Of a stretch of DNA of 64,000 bases, positions 47,386 to 55,875 are shown one piece after another (the stretch's first letter is position 1; each line of letters opens with the position of its first letter). The notes beneath the pieces are model-generated. The model worked only from the letters and a program-made list of their open reading frames with translations, did no database searches and was not told the origin of the DNA. A program made the translations under genes and the position numbers. Source of the stretch: a virus; IMG/VR virus record IMGVR_UViG_3300027365_000009, positions 1 to 64,000 of that record. The stretch is one strand, 5' to 3'.

Positions 47386-48048
47386 ATGTCTTACCGTAAA
47401 TTGGGGCTGGAGGCCTATTACCTCCCGACACTTAAGTCGTACCGCCCGACACCGACGCAGCACAGCATCACACTGCGTGAAGATGACCTGCTGGATGAGG
47501 TGTTTGAGTGCCTCGATGACCTCCCTATGTGGGTCGCTACCCAATGGCTGATGCAATTCCGCAATGGTGCCCGCACCTTGGTGGCAGAGAAGCCCCAAGA
47601 GACTCCCCAACCGGAGGAGGAAATTTCCGCCGACGAAGAGCCCATCCCCCGTCTCGACGATGAAACTGATGAGCCCACTCCCGATGTGGACCACTATACC
47701 TTTCGTATCCAATGTGCCATGTCGATGGAGTCAGCCACTCAGCTGCGCAATACCATCCACGACCTTCGTCCCACTGAGGACCCACCGAATGAAAGATCTT
47801 ACCAAAAGGGAGATCCCCTCCAAAAATTTACCGGGCGGGCAGGGGAAATCCACCACCTCTGTCCGCCCATCGACACCTATCGTCAAGTCGTCCATCGCGA
47901 AACGGCCCAAGCACGAGACCTTGTTGGGAAAACGTCGCCACGGTCGCAAGCGGTACGGAAGGACGTTCCGCCCCCTTCCGTAGTTCCTAAAGCGTTGGAC
48001 TTGACACTCCTGGATGTCCGTATCGAGGTTAACCCACCCAAGGATTAA
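47386..48048 (+). CDS. Hypothetical protein
   Basis: GGAG RBS before ATG 47386. Confidence 0.6.
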   Translation: MSYRKLGLEAYYLPTLKSYRPTPTQHSITLREDDLLDEVFECLDDLPMWVATQWLMQFRNGARTLVAEKPQETPQPEEEISADEEPIPRLDDETDEPTPDVDHYTFRIQCAMSMESATQLRNTIHDLRPTEDPPNERSYQKGDPLQKFTGRAGEIHHLCPPIDTYRQVVHRETAQARDLVGKTSPRSQAVRKDVPPPSVVPKALDLTLLDVRIEVNPPKD

Positions 48049-48051
48049 CAC

Positions 48052-49245
48052 ATGCGACAACTACAACACCTCTTTGCGTCGCTTACCTCGGAGGTGGTGC
48101 CGGGTCCAACGAAACAGCAAGGCCGTCATACCTGCAGTGCCTTCCGTATGGAGATCCGCAATACCATGCGGGTCCCCTTATTTTGGCGTAACGCTTTGGG
48201 CATGGTTGTACATGAACCACCCAGTGCATCGACCACGGCAGGTGAGTATTTTTACATTACGATTGAATACGAGTTCGATCCCGGTGTAAAGATTGACGCG
48301 CGTGAGTTATTAAATGAGTTGGATCTCCCGGAGAACCACACCGAGAGAAAGCAGATATATGAAGCGCTGCAGTCGCTTGAACGTGAGCCCCAATGGCACC
48401 ATCAGCGTAAATTTACCTACACCTTAGGCATTGACCGTGAACGGCTAGAAGCCGCTGGCGGTGTGGCGTATCTGAATGACGTCGATCTGGTCGTGGGTTT
48501 TGCCAAACATGCAAGCGATGCTACCCATCCCTATTCGCCTCCGGGTCAACGGGAGCGAATGAGCAATGCGGTTGATCCCGCAGAAGGGTTTCAGCAACGC
48601 ATGGTGTTGGTGGATAATGCCGGTGTTAATGGTCCTCGTTGGATCAACACGGGCTTTGGGGTATATGAGGTGACACCAGTTGAAGACCCGTCACTACAGG
48701 ATGGGTTTTATCTTACTGTGTTTCACCACCGTTCGGGAGAACCGTCTACCGAACACCACACGTATGAGGTCGCTGAAAAGACCTTTGGTTTATACCGCAG
48801 TCGTGCTGAAGCGGAGGCCTTTGGTAGTCCAGAGGAACGTTTCAAAGCGGAACTCAAAGAAACGGAGCAGCAGATAGCGCGCGACAAGGTGGCACTGGCG
48901 AGAGAGAAGCAACAGGTCGATCGTGAGCGCCATGAGATGGAACGTGAAAAACGCGCCGAGGAAGATCGCAGGGAACGAGAGAAGACGGAGCACGAGGCCC
49001 AACTGGCTCGAGAGCGAGATCAACTCGATCGCGAACGAGAACGCATGAAGTTCGAGAAAGAACGCATGGAGTACGAACGCCAGACGTTTAGTGAACGTCA
49101 AAAGTTTGAATATGACATGCGGTCTCGGGATCGTAAGGATCACTCCGAGCAAACCAAGGCATTGCTGGACATGGCCAAGATCATGTTGGGTCTTGTGACC
49201 ACGGGGCTATCACTCTATGCAGTGATCAAGAAAAACTCGAATTAG
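48052..49245 (+). CDS. Conserved protein with long E/R/K coiled coil and C-terminal hydrophobic tail (phiKZ gp122-like position)
   Basis: Charged heptad region and terminal hydrophobic segment, synteny. Confidence 0.65.
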   Translation: MRQLQHLFASLTSEVVPGPTKQQGRHTCSAFRMEIRNTMRVPLFWRNALGMVVHEPPSASTTAGEYFYITIEYEFDPGVKIDARELLNELDLPENHTERKQIYEALQSLEREPQWHHQRKFTYTLGIDRERLEAAGGVAYLNDVDLVVGFAKHASDATHPYSPPGQRERMSNAVDPAEGFQQRMVLVDNAGVNGPRWINTGFGVYEVTPVEDPSLQDGFYLTVFHHRSGEPSTEHHTYEVAEKTFGLYRSRAEAEAFGSPEERFKAELKETEQQIARDKVALAREKQQVDRERHEMEREKRAEEDRREREKTEHEAQLARERDQLDRERERMKFEKERMEYERQTFSERQKFEYDMRSRDRKDHSEQTKALLDMAKIMLGLVTTGLSLYAVIKKNSN

Positions 49246-49253
49246 GACGCAAC

Positions 49254-50879
49254 ATGGATAACGTGTTATTGGAGCGGGTTAAGGCGGTCACGCCGAAGTT
49301 TAACCCGTCCGTGGCGAACGGTCTGGCAGTCGAGCACCTCATGGCCCGTTCTCCCGAGACGGGCACGCTTTCTGTCGTGTCGTACATTGACCGTCTGATA
49401 CACATCACTCAGGAGCTGTTTCCGGAGGGTCTGGTCTATGAGGGCAGTCAGGTCTGCAGTCCGGTGCAGCAGTTCGAGGAGGTAACGCGTGAGTACAATT
49501 CCAAGCGGGTAGCCAACATCGCCAAACACGACACCTTCATGGTGAAGTACCAGTTTTCTTTTAAAGGAGAAATGCTGTTTCCACGCTATATTCTCCTTCC
49601 CTTTGTTCGGGACGGGAGTATTCTTCACCTTAACGGGGCGCTGTACAATATCTCCCCGGTATTAGCTGACGTGGGTTTCTCTGTCCTCAAGGGCAGTATC
49701 TTTATTCCTTTTCAGCGTACGAAACTGACGTTCAATCGGGTAGACCATGCATTTTATGCCGATGGGCGTCGTGAAATCGTGTATGTGATTTGGAGTACGA
49801 TTCATCATGAGAAAAACAAGCTCAACAAGCGGGATCTCGATAACCGACGGGAAATCGAGTCATGCCTTGCCCATTACTTCTTTGCGCGATATGGAGTGAC
49901 GGAAACCTTCCGTCAATGGGCGAATGCCAACGTCATGGTGGGGTGGAAGAAAGACTTTCCCCTCAAGGACTATCCTCGTGACCACTACACGATCTTTGAG
50001 TCCACTAACTTAAAGGATCGTCATCCCACAGGTGAGTTGGTGGTGGTCGTGCCGAAGAGCGACGACACCGACTTTGTGCGGATGTTGGTCGGGGGATTCT
50101 TCTACGTGGTGGATACCTTTCCGGATCGTTTCCGTGAACCGGAATGGGTGGACAATACGATTCACTGGCAGCTGCTGCTCGGGAATGTGATCTTTGGTGA
50201 CTTCCAAGGGTCGGGTACCCTTCAAGAAGACGTCGAGAAACACATGATCTCCATTGAGAACTATCTTGATGAGATCACCCGGGATGACCTACGGGGTCGG
50301 GATATTTACGTGGACAGTGTCTGGGAGTTGTTTCACGTGATCATGACTGACCTTTCCGGACATTTCTACCAAACCAGCAGTGATGAATCCTCCATGTACA
50401 ATAAACGCATGACAATCCTGCGCTACGTCATGGAGGAGTTCAATAACGTCATCTCCAAGTTTGGTTACAGCTTCCAGTCCAACCGTGAAAAGGTGTGGGA
50501 TGCCCAGAACATCAACGATAATCTCAAACACCATTTCAAACTCAACACCTGTGTGTCGCGCCTGACCAGTACCCACGGTGAGATCAACACTGTGAGTTAT
50601 CCGGGAGACAATAAAATGTTCCGGATTACCTGTATGGCGATACCGCAGGATAAAGCCAAGAAATCGAAAGGGTATGGGAAGGGGCTGATTGAAGACGCCT
50701 CACGTCTCCTCCACTCTTCGATTGCCGAAGTCGGTCAGTTCAACAACCAACCGAAGAACAATCCGGATGGGCGCAGTCGTCTGAATCCCAATGTACACAC
50801 CACGGTGGAGGGATTGATTCAACGTAACCCAGACCGGAAAGTATTGATCGACTCCGTCCAAAAGCGCATGATGCGTTAA
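49254..50879 (+). CDS. Non-virion RNA polymerase beta subunit, N-terminal part (phiKZ gp123-like)
   Basis: 541 aa. PKFNP-VANG, LPFV, ISPVLAD, LHSS-AEVG and P----DGRSRLNP (beta region D-like), synteny after the capsid gene. Confidence 0.85.
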   Translation: MDNVLLERVKAVTPKFNPSVANGLAVEHLMARSPETGTLSVVSYIDRLIHITQELFPEGLVYEGSQVCSPVQQFEEVTREYNSKRVANIAKHDTFMVKYQFSFKGEMLFPRYILLPFVRDGSILHLNGALYNISPVLADVGFSVLKGSIFIPFQRTKLTFNRVDHAFYADGRREIVYVIWSTIHHEKNKLNKRDLDNRREIESCLAHYFFARYGVTETFRQWANANVMVGWKKDFPLKDYPRDHYTIFESTNLKDRHPTGELVVVVPKSDDTDFVRMLVGGFFYVVDTFPDRFREPEWVDNTIHWQLLLGNVIFGDFQGSGTLQEDVEKHMISIENYLDEITRDDLRGRDIYVDSVWELFHVIMTDLSGHFYQTSSDESSMYNKRMTILRYVMEEFNNVISKFGYSFQSNREKVWDAQNINDNLKHHFKLNTCVSRLTSTHGEINTVSYPGDNKMFRITCMAIPQDKAKKSKGYGKGLIEDASRLLHSSIAEVGQFNNQPKNNPDGRSRLNPNVHTTVEGLIQRNPDRKVLIDSVQKRMMR

Positions 50880-50916
50880 TCTTAATCGTCAACGAGCCAA
50901 CGAGAAGGAACGTCCT

Positions 50917-53112
50917 ATGTCCTACCAGGCCAACACTCAGTACGGTCAGCCCCAGCAGCCGACCAATCTGCCGGTCCCCGCCGACCGTTATGACCAGAAC
51001 ACGTTCAACCCCAACCTCCCCAATCAGAACGACGTCACGCCCCCGGTAAACCAACCGCCTAACCTGGACGGTCGGATCATGGATCGGATTGCGGCGGAGT
51101 TCCGTTTCGCCGCCCAACAACGGGTGAACCGCACCCCGCTTCACATGTTCACCTACAACATGTGGAGTCAGAACTACTTTCAGAACCAGGAGTATGTCGC
51201 CTGGCTCCAACGGGCCATGGACTTCACTGAGTTTCTGATCGTCGCACGGAGCTACCAACCGGAGCAGGCTGTTCAGAAAGCCGTTCAGCTGATCTATGCT
51301 GGCGCGATGGCTATGTACACTGCCCAGTATCCGACGCTCCAGGGTCTGCTTACCCACCAACAACGCAATGAAATTCCCCAGTTCGGTCAAGAGCTGGAGA
51401 GCATCATTCGCGATATCCAACAGTTCCACGCTAATGGACGTCGTCCCACACAAATGCAATGGGGTCAGCAGGGACAACAGGCGCAGTATGGTGGTACTTA
51501 TCAACAGCCCATTCAGCAGGGAGGTGGGGTTCAACAGCTACCGCCCACTCATCTGAACCCCCATTTCCCGAATCAGTCGGTGGGTTACGGCCAACCCCAA
51601 GGACAGCCGATGCCCCAGCAGGCTCCACTCCAGGGGCCGGCAGGTTACGGAAGTGGTCCTCAAGGTCAACCTAACCCGGTCACATCGACCAATTCGCCCA
51701 GCGCCGGTCGCTACATTGATTTGGACAACCGGCCGAATCAAGCTCAGCCTACTCCCCAAGGAGGTCCGAGCCAACAGACCTGGATGGCGAGCCAAACACC
51801 GGCGTCCCCCGTGGGTGGGATCACACCACCGAGCTTCAATAACGGGAATGGGACACCACAGCCCAGTGCGTCGTTGTTGTCAGCATACGACGAACAGACA
51901 CAGGGAACCTCTCAATCGGTCCCCAATTGTGTGGAAGACATCAACCTGAGCGACTATGTCGACGAGAACGCCTCAGAACGCCCCTGGGACGTGATTCACA
52001 TCCCGGGGGGTATCGAGGTACGCCCTGCCCATCTAACGGACTGGAAACGCACTCGTAGGGACGAGAAACCCTATGCGGTGGCGTACGACCCCCAGCGGTT
52101 TATCCTGTTCTATGTAAAATGGCCGGATGGGATCGTCGATGAGCTCATTGTGGAGAAAAGCACAATGAAGACCATGAACTACCTGCAACATGAGATCGAC
52201 GCTAAGCTGCGTGGTGAGAAGATTAAGCCTGAGGGGAAAGTGGTGGCCAGTCATCATAAGGTGCTGGACATGGACGTGGAAGCCCAGGTGAAGCCGGTAG
52301 AAGAAGTCCGTAAGGCCCTGGACGAAGGACTGGCGTCTAAAGATGCGCTAAACCCAGTCCAGCTTGACGGTTACTTCACCGCTACCAGCGAACTGGAAAA
52401 CGAGGAGGAAGCACGTCTCCAGGTGATGGAGCAGCTGGGGCTTGAGGAGAACGCGAAAGTGCCGGCACATGAATACACCAGTGCCCAGGTATTCCCCATC
52501 AACGTCCCGCAGGAAGGGAAAGATCGCCTTCAGGCCATGGCCACCAGCGATTCTCTGAAACGTCTGGCCACGGCATTGGTGGAAGCGGTGAATGACGGCG
52601 CGATTTCCCAGCGTTACTTCCTGTTCTTTAACCGCCGTATGACGGATGCGGTGAACGCCACCCTGAAGGATAACCTCTCGTTGGATATCGACATCGACAG
52701 CTTCGTTGAAGACATCGATGATCTGTTCGACTATCTGCGGGAGAATCATGGGGATAATCTCTCTACCATCCTTCACGCCCAAACCCAGAACATCCTGACC
52801 CGTTGGTTGAACTTTAAGGAGGAAGTGGATGGGGAAGAGAAGACGTTGTACCTGCTCGATGAAGCGATGAACTTCCAGCTGCCTTGGGAGTACAAGGACC
52901 TGGCCTCACTGACACTGAGTGATGAGCCAGTGGTGGTGAGTGGTGTAACGCACCCCACCATTGCCAACGTCCTTCGTCAGACCTTCAAGCGCCATGCCAA
53001 AACCGGTAACCTGAAAGGTCGTCGTCTGCGCCTGATCACCGTAGATGGCCATTACCTGGAAGCGTTCCGTGGATGGTTGATGGAGGATTCGATTCTAATC
53101 AAGCGTCTGTAA
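50917..53112 (+). CDS. Conserved hypothetical protein with Q/P/G-rich disordered region
   Basis: 731-aa ORF following the nvRNAP subunit gene. Confidence 0.7.
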   Translation: MSYQANTQYGQPQQPTNLPVPADRYDQNTFNPNLPNQNDVTPPVNQPPNLDGRIMDRIAAEFRFAAQQRVNRTPLHMFTYNMWSQNYFQNQEYVAWLQRAMDFTEFLIVARSYQPEQAVQKAVQLIYAGAMAMYTAQYPTLQGLLTHQQRNEIPQFGQELESIIRDIQQFHANGRRPTQMQWGQQGQQAQYGGTYQQPIQQGGGVQQLPPTHLNPHFPNQSVGYGQPQGQPMPQQAPLQGPAGYGSGPQGQPNPVTSTNSPSAGRYIDLDNRPNQAQPTPQGGPSQQTWMASQTPASPVGGITPPSFNNGNGTPQPSASLLSAYDEQTQGTSQSVPNCVEDINLSDYVDENASERPWDVIHIPGGIEVRPAHLTDWKRTRRDEKPYAVAYDPQRFILFYVKWPDGIVDELIVEKSTMKTMNYLQHEIDAKLRGEKIKPEGKVVASHHKVLDMDVEAQVKPVEEVRKALDEGLASKDALNPVQLDGYFTATSELENEEEARLQVMEQLGLEENAKVPAHEYTSAQVFPINVPQEGKDRLQAMATSDSLKRLATALVEAVNDGAISQRYFLFFNRRMTDAVNATLKDNLSLDIDIDSFVEDIDDLFDYLRENHGDNLSTILHAQTQNILTRWLNFKEEVDGEEKTLYLLDEAMNFQLPWEYKDLASLTLSDEPVVVSGVTHPTIANVLRQTFKRHAKTGNLKGRRLRLITVDGHYLEAFRGWLMEDSILIKRL

Positions 53113-53191
53113 GTCCACATCACTACCTGATTACCAGGGGTGTGGCTGGCCTGGCGCACCCTTGGTGTTTGCCGAAGGTCTACGGCATAGT

Positions 53192-53224
53192 CCCTCCCCG
53201 TGTTGGGGAGGGCTCTTTTTTTTT
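53192..53224. terminator. Terminator hairpin between convergent genes
   Basis: ccctcccc-gtgtt-ggggaggg followed by a T-run. Confidence 0.8.
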
Positions 53225-53225
53225 G

Positions 53226-53672
53226 TTACGGTAAGGTAATTTCCAGCTCCCCTACCCAACGCAGGGAACGAGGATGGGCCTTCAAAGTGTACGTGTTGAG
53301 TCCCACTGGAATGGTTTCATGGAACACGTCATCCCGATCAAACACGATTCCATAGTCGTTCCCTAATTGCCGGGTAATCTTTAAGGTAGTGTCGGGGTAT
53401 TCACTCCCCGTCAGAGAATATGTTCCCCCAAAGTAGGTTCCCAGGTTTAACCGTTGGTAGACCACCGTGAGTTGTTCTGTTGGTGGGAGGAGATTACGCA
53501 GCGAGGTGCTGGGTTTCAACGCCAGTGTGACTTCCAATCGGTTGTCACTTAGTGTCTCCTGTTCCACCAACTCCGCCATTCGGGGATCAATCGTCATCCG
53601 GTAGTGATGATTCACCATTCGAATTAACGCCTCCCATGGTGGGTATTGTAACAATGTTTCGGTCGTGTTCAT
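53226..53672 (-). CDS. Virion structural protein (phiKZ gp127-like)
   Basis: YQRLNL and LKAHP-SL-WVG motifs, GAGG RBS. Confidence 0.65.
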   Translation of the reverse strand: MNTTETLLQYPPWEALIRMVNHHYRMTIDPRMAELVEQETLSDNRLEVTLALKPSTSLRNLLPPTEQLTVVYQRLNLGTYFGGTYSLTGSEYPDTTLKITRQLGNDYGIVFDRDDVFHETIPVGLNTYTLKAHPRSLRWVGELEITLP

Positions 53673-53688
53673 TGCATAGGGTCCTCGC

Positions 53689-55836
53689 TTAACTTTCCGG
53701 GTACTGATAATGGCCCAGGTCATTGGTATCTGGATCGTCGTGATCCACCACAAAAGACATGGCACGCACCCCCACGTTAGCCACGTTTAACTTCACACGG
53801 CCAAGTTCGGTTTGTTTCAACCACATCCCCACTGTGGGGTCGACATGATAATGGGGTTCAATATGTGCGTCCCAACTCAAGGGCGGTTCATTGATTATTT
53901 GATCGGTATCCAGATGGGTTTGTGTTTTCAGTCCCACACGCTTTGCCGTGATGCGCGACACGGGTGTCCGGAAACGACTGGCTTCTTCTCCCCAGATGTC
54001 CCCCAGGCGAATCACCGGCATACCAATGTACCAGAAATCCTCCTCATTGATGTTGCGTAAATACTGTACGCTGTACGAGGAGAGCTGGCGCATTAGACCC
54101 AATAGGGCTTTCTGGAGTTCAGAGAGGGTCATGCGATTAACAAGGTCGGCGCCGGTAGCCGTTTTCACACAATCCACATATAGCTGCTCTAAGTCCAAGG
54201 GGGAGAGATCAGCAACACCATACCCTTTCTCCTTGAACCACTGTTCAAAGGAAATCACCTCATCGACCAAACTACATTTAATGTGCATGAAGTGACGACG
54301 GACCAGTTGTTCAGCCATCCCACGATTCATGTACTGTTCTTGGAAAGAGTACAGCTCCCACAGTTTCAGGTACTCACGGTGGAGATTGGCACAGTCGTTA
54401 AAAAACTTCTCCGTGGTAATGTACGAGCCCAGCGGTGTGATTCGATCCCGAATCGCTTGGATCATACCTTCCGGGACATACTTTCGATCGACGATGGACA
54501 CAAGCTCGCTGTGGCTCGGTAGAGGGTCTCTCAGGACGTCGTAAGCGATGACCCTAGGGATGGTATCAAATTCGATACCGCGTGCCTTGTTGAAGGCCCA
54601 CAGGCCCACGATGAAGGCATCACGTACTGACATCGACATGTATTGGCCGGTTCCCGGGTTGGGAACGTTCACAAAGGCGTTGTACCGATTGTGTGTGGCC
54701 AAATACAACCATTCATAGAGCAGGATACTCCCAAGGGAACGAACCGATGAGTTAGAACGGTCCACCACCTCGGATTCCAACACTTTGGTGGGGAGACTAC
54801 TGAACTGAGAACTTTCGACCGCTTCGGTGATCTCTAACTCAGCATCATATTGCACAATGGCGTTCTCACGCGCAATATCCCGCTCTCGATTGAGAATGGT
54901 ATGGACAGAAGTCGTATCCCGTCCACTTTGGTTATAACCGAAGTTCAGCGGATATTTAGCCAACTCGACTTCAGGGTAGATGCTATCCGGCATCTCTTCC
55001 GTGTTATGTTGGAATTTATACGCCGCTAAGGGGAGTCCCCGTTTGGTGAGGATGTTCTCGACCAAGTTGTCGAAGATCTCTTGTTTCCCGACATTCCGGT
55101 TGATGTAGCGCAGATTACGGTACAGGTAAAGCTGTTGGAGCTTGTTCAAGAATGGCAGGTACTGATCCAACCGACCATTGGAAGCTAGGTATTCCCGTAC
55201 ATGGAAGCTGTGTGCCTGGGGGGTTTTGGCATTACGCAGACGGATTAACTGAACCACATAGGGGAGGTTGACGTACATGACCCCAAGAAAAGAGGGGATG
55301 TACAGATCGTCCGTCAGGGCGTATTGGATATTGTACCACCGCGCAAAATAGGCATACAACCACTGTTGGAGACGGGGAATAACATTTGTCTCATTGGGCT
55401 CCAAAAAGGTGGGATCATAATACAAAAGTTCCCCATCATCTGCATCAATAGCTTTCGCTATATCCACCGGGGACAGGATGCCGTTGATCAAAGCCACCTG
55501 ATTGGGATAACGTCGCGTCAACTCCATGTAATACCGGGTACCAAACTGGTATTCCCGAAACGTGGCGCGATGGATTCGCAAGTTGTCTTTGGTGAACGCA
55601 ATCTCTTCTAGCGTGTCAATGGAGCGCACGGTCATGGGGATATCGGTACTGTGATACTCACCCGCCAGGTTCAGGTAATATTTCCAAGTCTCTGGCTGGG
55701 ATTCTTTCACCTCGACCCCAATGGCTGACAGTTCCCGATTGAGGGTTTCGGCACTCCCGGTACATTTCACGACCAAAGTGCGGGCGAAATCAATGATCTC
55801 GTCGCGGTATAAACGAAAGTAAGTGTTATTGCTCAT
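53689..55836 (-). CDS. Virion structural protein (phiKZ gp128-like)
   Basis: WKYYLNLAGEYH, AHSFHV, LYRN-RY and LSSYSVQ motifs. Divergent from the portal gene. Confidence 0.75.
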   Translation of the reverse strand: MSNNTYFRLYRDEIIDFARTLVVKCTGSAETLNRELSAIGVEVKESQPETWKYYLNLAGEYHSTDIPMTVRSIDTLEEIAFTKDNLRIHRATFREYQFGTRYYMELTRRYPNQVALINGILSPVDIAKAIDADDGELLYYDPTFLEPNETNVIPRLQQWLYAYFARWYNIQYALTDDLYIPSFLGVMYVNLPYVVQLIRLRNAKTPQAHSFHVREYLASNGRLDQYLPFLNKLQQLYLYRNLRYINRNVGKQEIFDNLVENILTKRGLPLAAYKFQHNTEEMPDSIYPEVELAKYPLNFGYNQSGRDTTSVHTILNRERDIARENAIVQYDAELEITEAVESSQFSSLPTKVLESEVVDRSNSSVRSLGSILLYEWLYLATHNRYNAFVNVPNPGTGQYMSMSVRDAFIVGLWAFNKARGIEFDTIPRVIAYDVLRDPLPSHSELVSIVDRKYVPEGMIQAIRDRITPLGSYITTEKFFNDCANLHREYLKLWELYSFQEQYMNRGMAEQLVRRHFMHIKCSLVDEVISFEQWFKEKGYGVADLSPLDLEQLYVDCVKTATGADLVNRMTLSELQKALLGLMRQLSSYSVQYLRNINEEDFWYIGMPVIRLGDIWGEEASRFRTPVSRITAKRVGLKTQTHLDTDQIINEPPLSWDAHIEPHYHVDPTVGMWLKQTELGRVKLNVANVGVRAMSFVVDHDDPDTNDLGHYQYPES

Positions 55837-55875
55837 TTGTCATCCATTACGGGTAAATTCATTTAAGGAGTGATC

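Noticed and set aside
40651-50879. Inteins in DnaB or the RNAP subunit
   Set aside because: Lengths match uninterrupted proteins and no intein junction motifs were seen.
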